From a virus (Duplodnaviria > Heunggongvirae > Uroviricota > Caudoviricetes), in the IMG/VR virus record IMGVR_UViG_2718218434_000002, positions 1-21,516 of that record: 21,516 nucleotides of DNA. One strand, written 5' to 3'. Below, one piece after another: positions 17,807 through 21,516 of this stretch (position 1 is the stretch's first letter; the number at the start of each line of letters is the position of its first letter). The notes beneath the pieces are model-generated. The model was given only the letters and a program-made list of their open reading frames with translations. It did not search any database and was not told the DNA's origin. The translations under genes and the position numbers were made by a program.

Positions 17807-18039
17807 CAGTGGATCTCCTGCGCTTCGTTCTGGATTGCTTCAGCAGTCACACGCAGCAGTTCTGCCGCTTCGACGTGGTTTAGCTGGCGGGAGGTGATAT
17901 GACACGCCAGGCTATCGAGGCGAGCAGCCATTGCTTCAGCCCTTGCCCGGCGTTCTTCCAGACGAGCCTCTGTCAGTAAAAGATTAAGACCTGCATCATC
18001 CGGTCCGGTTTTGGTCGTGAGGGTTTCAATATTACGCAT
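17806..18039 (-). CDS. Hypothetical early protein (77 aa)
   Basis: ATG at 18039 with an AGGAGA RBS. Stop overlaps the TraR-like start (ATGA). No recognisable motif. Confidence 0.55.
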   Translation of the reverse strand: MRNIETLTTKTGPDDAGLNLLLTEARLEERRARAEAMAARLDSLACHITSRQLNHVEAAELLRVTAEAIQNEAQEIH

Positions 18040-18106
18040 AAGCAATTCTCCTGAATTTAGATAAAGGGATGCCCGGCGGGTTTACGCCATTAATTTCATT
18101 AGTTGG

Positions 18107-18448
18107 TTAATTCGGCATGGTTAGCCGTCTGGGAAATAAGCTCACCACTGCACGAAAATGATTCATTGCTTTAATCAACTCCCGCTTTTCGTCAGTGGTC
18201 AGCTCATTAATGCTGATGCTATGACGTTCAGCTGGAATTTTTGCCATAAAGAATATGGCAGCCAGTGCCCGTTTATTTTGTTCATTATTGATATCCCGAG
18301 GATCACGCATATCTTTAATAAACCGCTCAAGCTCTGACTCAATATTCAAACCAAAAACTTTCGCCCTTAACTCCGCAATATGATTAAGTCCATTCAGGCG
18401 TTCACCGGGTCTTAATGGAACAGTCGCCGCAGCGCCTTCAATAGCCAT
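18107..18448 (-). CDS. Hypothetical early protein (113 aa)
   Basis: ATG at 18448 preceded by GGGGGAA. In operon position between cII and the replication genes. Confidence 0.55.
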   Translation of the reverse strand: MAIEGAAATVPLRPGERLNGLNHIAELRAKVFGLNIESELERFIKDMRDPRDINNEQNKRALAAIFFMAKIPAERHSISINELTTDEKRELIKAMNHFRAVVSLFPRRLTMPN

Positions 18449-18612
18449 TTGTTCCCCCGTTTTTTCGTAGATAGTTCTGCCAGCAATTCATCTTGTGAAC
18501 GGCACGGATGCCAGCGTTTACCATCCTCACCCATGATCCAGCCGTGACCGTAGTGCATTGCCGGACTTTGTTTTACCAGCAGCGATGCAAATGATGGTTC
18601 TTTCGTCAGCAT
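18412..18612 (-). CDS. Hypothetical small early protein (66 aa)
   Basis: ATG at 18612 with a GAGGTG RBS, 7 nt after the cII stop. The ORF track's longer GTG-initiated frame would overlap cII. Confidence 0.45.
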   Translation of the reverse strand: MLTKEPSFASLLVKQSPAMHYGHGWIMGEDGKRWHPCRSQDELLAELSTKKRGNKWLLKALRRLFH

Positions 18613-18619
18613 AAGCACC

Positions 18620-19129
18620 TCACAGCAAACCGAATGAAGCACCGAGGCCAGTCACGGTATCAACTGCACTCGCCATCGCAGGATTAGCCTGTAAACGGGC
18701 CTGCAATGAAACAGCAGCCAGCGCCATCAGTCGTGTAACAGAGTTAATGCTGCTGATCGCATCACGACGGCCTGCACTGGTTTTTACATCGCCAGAAACC
18801 GCACCTGCCGCGACACGCCCTATCTCTGCAGTTGCACTCATGACGTAATGCGGCAGTTTCTCTTTTGCCACCTCATTAATCGGTACACATGGCAGGCAGT
18901 GAATCTGTGCCAGAAAGCCATCTACCAGCGTTGAATCTTCAGTCAGATCGGTAAGCAACCAGATTTCTGGTGCGGTTAATAAATGAGGTTGAGCTGGGTT
19001 CAGCTTGTTCCGCAGAATCTGCACATTCATGCCTGCACGTTCTGCCAGTTGCACTAGGTTGTGGCGCAATGCGAATGCACGACAGGCTTCATCAAAATGT
19101 GGATGTTTGGAAACTTGGTAATCAAACAT
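18620..19129 (-). CDS. cII: CII-type lysogeny-establishment activator (186 CII family), 169 aa
   Basis: [24 protein letters not shown]...GLGASFGLL closely resembles phage 186 CII as recalled, with the same 169-aa length when started at the ATG at 19129. Confidence 0.8.
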   Translation of the reverse strand: MFDYQVSKHPHFDEACRAFALRHNLVQLAERAGMNVQILRNKLNPAQPHLLTAPEIWLLTDLTEDSTLVDGFLAQIHCLPCVPINEVAKEKLPHYVMSATAEIGRVAAGAVSGDVKTSAGRRDAISSINSVTRLMALAAVSLQARLQANPAMASAVDTVTGLGASFGLL

Positions 19130-19161
19130 GGTCAATGCCTCTGATGTATTTCAGAATCGAA

Positions 19162-19383
19162 CTAATTAAGGTTTAGATTGCATTCTGAAAGCGCATCAAC
19201 GGTCATGGCTGCTATGTTGATCATCACTTTTTCACGTTTTTTATCTTTGCGCAGACGGTGACGGATAAGGCGTCCGTCAGCCAACATGTCATTGATGGTA
19301 TCGATGGACAGCCCTGTCAGCTCGCTATAGCGTTCAATAGTCACATGAGGCGTGGTAAGAGTGATTGAAATGTTAGGTCTCAT
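19162..19383 (-). CDS. apl: Apl/Cox-like excisionase and transcriptional regulator, 73 aa
   Basis: Small HTH protein ([23 protein letters not shown]) that is first in the lytic operon, divergent from cI, as for 186 apl or P2 cox. Confidence 0.65.
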   Translation of the reverse strand: MRPNISITLTTPHVTIERYSELTGLSIDTINDMLADGRLIRHRLRKDKKREKVMINIAAMTVDALSECNLNLN

Positions 19384-19508
19384 GATGCAACATTCCTCGT
19401 TTAATGATGATTAATCAGGACGAATACGGATCGTTTGTATTTTGTGAACACCATAAACATACGATCGCACAGTGAAATCGTCAAGATAAAAGTTCACTTG
19501 GAGTGACC
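19384..19508. promoter_or_regulatory. Immunity switch region between apl and cI (promoters and operators)
   Basis: 125-bp AT-rich intergenic region between divergently oriented apl and cI. Individual operators were not resolved. Confidence 0.5.
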
Positions 19509-20078
19509 ATGAATTTGGAGAAAGGCGGACGAGGCGCTATAGAGCGCATGGTAGAAGCTTATGGATTCAAAACTCGACAGGCGTTGTGCGATCATTTAGG
19601 AATCTCTAAAAGTACACTCGCCACACGCTACATGCGTGACTCATTCCCAGCAGAATGGGTAATCCAGTGCGCCCTTGAAACGGGCACCTCGCTTAATTGG
19701 CTCACAACCGGACATGGTTCAAAGCAAACTTCAGGTAATACAAATACTATGGAAGTTGCTAAATATGTATTATCTGATGGTGCCTTGCGTGAAGACGGTT
19801 TTTATATTTTTGATAAGGGATTTCTACCCTCTACGTTTAAAAAACCTTTTGTCATCACAGATAACAATTCTGAATTTATTTGTGATAAAGAATTTGATGA
19901 TATACGTGACGGTAAATGGGTAATAAGTATTGATGGCGAAATAACAATCCGCGACATTACTCGTTTACCCGGTGGAAGAATCTTCGTTGAAGGTGGAAAC
20001 AGAGCCTTCGAGTGCAAGATAGAAGATGTTGAAATAATTGGGAAAATTATAAGTTTAACAATTAAGTACGTTAGGTAA
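19509..20078 (+). CDS. cI: CI immunity repressor (186 CI-like), about 189 aa
   Basis: N-terminal HTH (QALCDHLGISKSTLATRYMRD). Size and position upstream of int match the 186 cI-int lysogenic operon. ATG at 19509 with GGAG 6 nt upstream. Confidence 0.8.
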   Translation: MNLEKGGRGAIERMVEAYGFKTRQALCDHLGISKSTLATRYMRDSFPAEWVIQCALETGTSLNWLTTGHGSKQTSGNTNTMEVAKYVLSDGALREDGFYIFDKGFLPSTFKKPFVITDNNSEFICDKEFDDIRDGKWVISIDGEITIRDITRLPGGRIFVEGGNRAFECKIEDVEIIGKIISLTIKYVR

Positions 20079-20093
20079 TACCGGGAGGAAACT

Positions 20094-20285
20094 ATGCTTG
20101 GTAAGGTATTTTTTGTGGTTTTATCATGCTCTTTGTTATTAAACCCACTAACTACCTATGCTAAAAATTATCCTTGTTCTGGGAAAAAGGGAGGTGTCTC
20201 TCACTGTACCTCCGATGGAAAGTTCGTTTGCAATGATGGAACTATTAGTAAATCAAAAAAAATCTGTACTAAAAACTCGCGATAA
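20094..20285 (+). CDS. Small secreted Cys-rich basic peptide (63-aa precursor with predicted signal peptide)
   Basis: Strong RBS GGGAGGA 5 nt upstream. N-terminus [23 protein letters not shown] looks like an SPase I signal peptide. The predicted mature part (about 40 aa) has 4 Cys and many Lys. AT-rich insert between cI and int. Confidence 0.55.
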   Translation: MLGKVFFVVLSCSLLLNPLTTYAKNYPCSGKKGGVSHCTSDGKFVCNDGTISKSKKICTKNSR

Positions 20286-20463
20286 ATTTTGCTTTTATAT
20301 CTGCGCCTAATATAACAATGAGCCGCAGGCTAACCGCAAAAGTCACATAGCAAAAAATAGCCAACTTCATTATGGCTTCAGTGAGATGTATGGTCACAGG
20401 ATTTCATACATTGACACTGGTTATACATACAGTAAAAATGCTCTCTATTGGAGGGCATTTTTT

Positions 20464-21516
20464 ATGGCAGTACGAAAACTCACCACAGGAAAATGGCTTT
20501 GCGAATGTTACCCCGCCGGACGTAGTGGGCGTCGTGTGCGTAAACAATTCGCCACCAAAGGCGAAGCTCTGGCTTTTGAGCGCCATACGATGGAAGAAAC
20601 CGAAGCAAAGCCCTGGCTGGGAGAATCAGTGGATCGTCGAACACTGAAAGACGTGGTTGAGCTATGGTTCAAACTACATGGTAAATCTCTAACCGCTGGG
20701 CAGCATGTCTATGATAAATTGCTGTTGATGGTTGACGCTCTGGGCAATCCCCTTGCAACCGATCTCACCTCTAAAATGTTTGCCCACTATCGAGATAAAC
20801 GCCTGACAGGTGAGATCTACTTCAGCGAGAAATGGAAGAAAGGAGCAAGCCCGGTCACCATTAACCTGGAGCAAAGCTATCTAAGTAGTGTTTTTAGCGA
20901 ACTATCCCGCCTGGGCGAATGGTCGTATCCAAACCCACTGGAGAACATGCGAAAATTCACCATCGCAGAAAAAGAGATGGCATGGCTTACCCATGAGCAG
21001 ATTGTTGAACTGCTGGCTGATTGCAAACGTCAGGACCCAATTCTGGCACTGGTAGTCAAGATATGCTTAAGCACAGGCGCACGCTGGCGAGAAGCAATAA
21101 ACCTTACCCGATCACAGGTGACTAAATACCGAATTACCTTTGTAAGAACGAAGGGGAAGAAAAACAGAAGCATCCCTATCAGTAAAGAGCTTTATGAAGA
21201 GATCATGGCGCTTGATGGGTTCAATTTCTTCACAGACTGCTATTTTCAATTTTTATCCGTGATGGAAAAAACGTCAATCGTGCTCCCTCGCGGTCAACTG
21301 ACACACGTTCTGCGCCATACGTTTGCGGCGCATTTCATGATGTCGGGTGGAAATATCCTTGCTTTGCAAAAAATCCTCGGACATCACGATATAAAAATGA
21401 CTATGCGTTACGCTCATCTGGCACCGGATCATCTGGAAACGGCGCTCCGTTTCAATCCTCTGGCAACGCTGCCAAGTGGCGACAAAGTGGCGGCAGCGGT
21501 TGGCATTACCCCGTAA
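20464..21516 (+). CDS. int: Tyrosine integrase (P2/186 Int family), 350 aa
   Basis: C-terminal catalytic region with R...HxxR...Y context (LTHVLRHTFAAHFMMSGG...MTMRYAHL). Start at the ATG at 20464 preceded by GGAGGG. The ORF track starts 26 codons earlier. Confidence 0.9.
   Translation: MAVRKLTTGKWLCECYPAGRSGRRVRKQFATKGEALAFERHTMEETEAKPWLGESVDRRTLKDVVELWFKLHGKSLTAGQHVYDKLLLMVDALGNPLATDLTSKMFAHYRDKRLTGEIYFSEKWKKGASPVTINLEQSYLSSVFSELSRLGEWSYPNPLENMRKFTIAEKEMAWLTHEQIVELLADCKRQDPILALVVKICLSTGARWREAINLTRSQVTKYRITFVRTKGKKNRSIPISKELYEEIMALDGFNFFTDCYFQFLSVMEKTSIVLPRGQLTHVLRHTFAAHFMMSGGNILALQKILGHHDIKMTMRYAHLAPDHLETALRFNPLATLPSGDKVAAAVGITP

Larger units (their letters stand above)
2780..21516. mobile_element. 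P2/186-family prophage remnant (defective; left boundary approximate, right boundary beyond window)
   Basis: Contiguous P2-type genes in prophage order: ogr, D, U, T', 'P, Q, cos-like site, A, early genes, cII, apl, cI, int. The attR core must lie between 2620 and 2856 and could not be pinpointed. Confidence 0.85.

Noticed and set aside
1-21516. CRISPR arrays, tRNA/rRNA genes, IS elements
   Set aside because: No regularly spaced direct repeats with unique spacers, no cloverleaf-like tRNA sequence and no transposase-like ORF or terminal inverted repeats were seen. The only mobile element evident is the P2-family prophage itself.

Overview
The window opens with about 2.6 kb of Enterobacterial (E. 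coli-type) chromosome: grxA, ybjM and ybjL. The rest (about 2.8 kb to the window end) is a P2/186-family prophage in inverted orientation, running from ogr-D-U-T at the attR side to cI-int at the attL side. The prophage is defective. The tape-measure gene T and the terminase gene P are both N-terminally truncated and abut head-on at about 6540-6560, so the capsid, lysis, baseplate, fibre, sheath and tube genes are absent. The most interesting part is an accessory cargo island between portal gene Q and replication gene A (about 8.95-13.45 kb), split by a cos-like site. On the Q side is an AT-rich stand-alone 778-aa ABC ATPase with a coiled-coil CxxC hook and a C-terminal nuclease-like tail (RloC/PrrC-like candidate). 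On the A side is a two-gene operon of a phosphoribosyltransferase plus a DprA/SLOG-like protein (candidate anti-phage pair), followed by a LexA-box-controlled small ORF plus DinI-like gene resembling the 186 tum SOS module. The early operon carries a Dam-family methyltransferase translationally coupled to an unassigned 276-aa protein that may be a second DNA-modification enzyme. A small secreted Cys-rich peptide gene sits between cI and int. Host grxA encodes CLYC where the canonical glutaredoxin active site is CPYC. All calls rest on reading the translations and the sequence by eye; no database search or computation was run.
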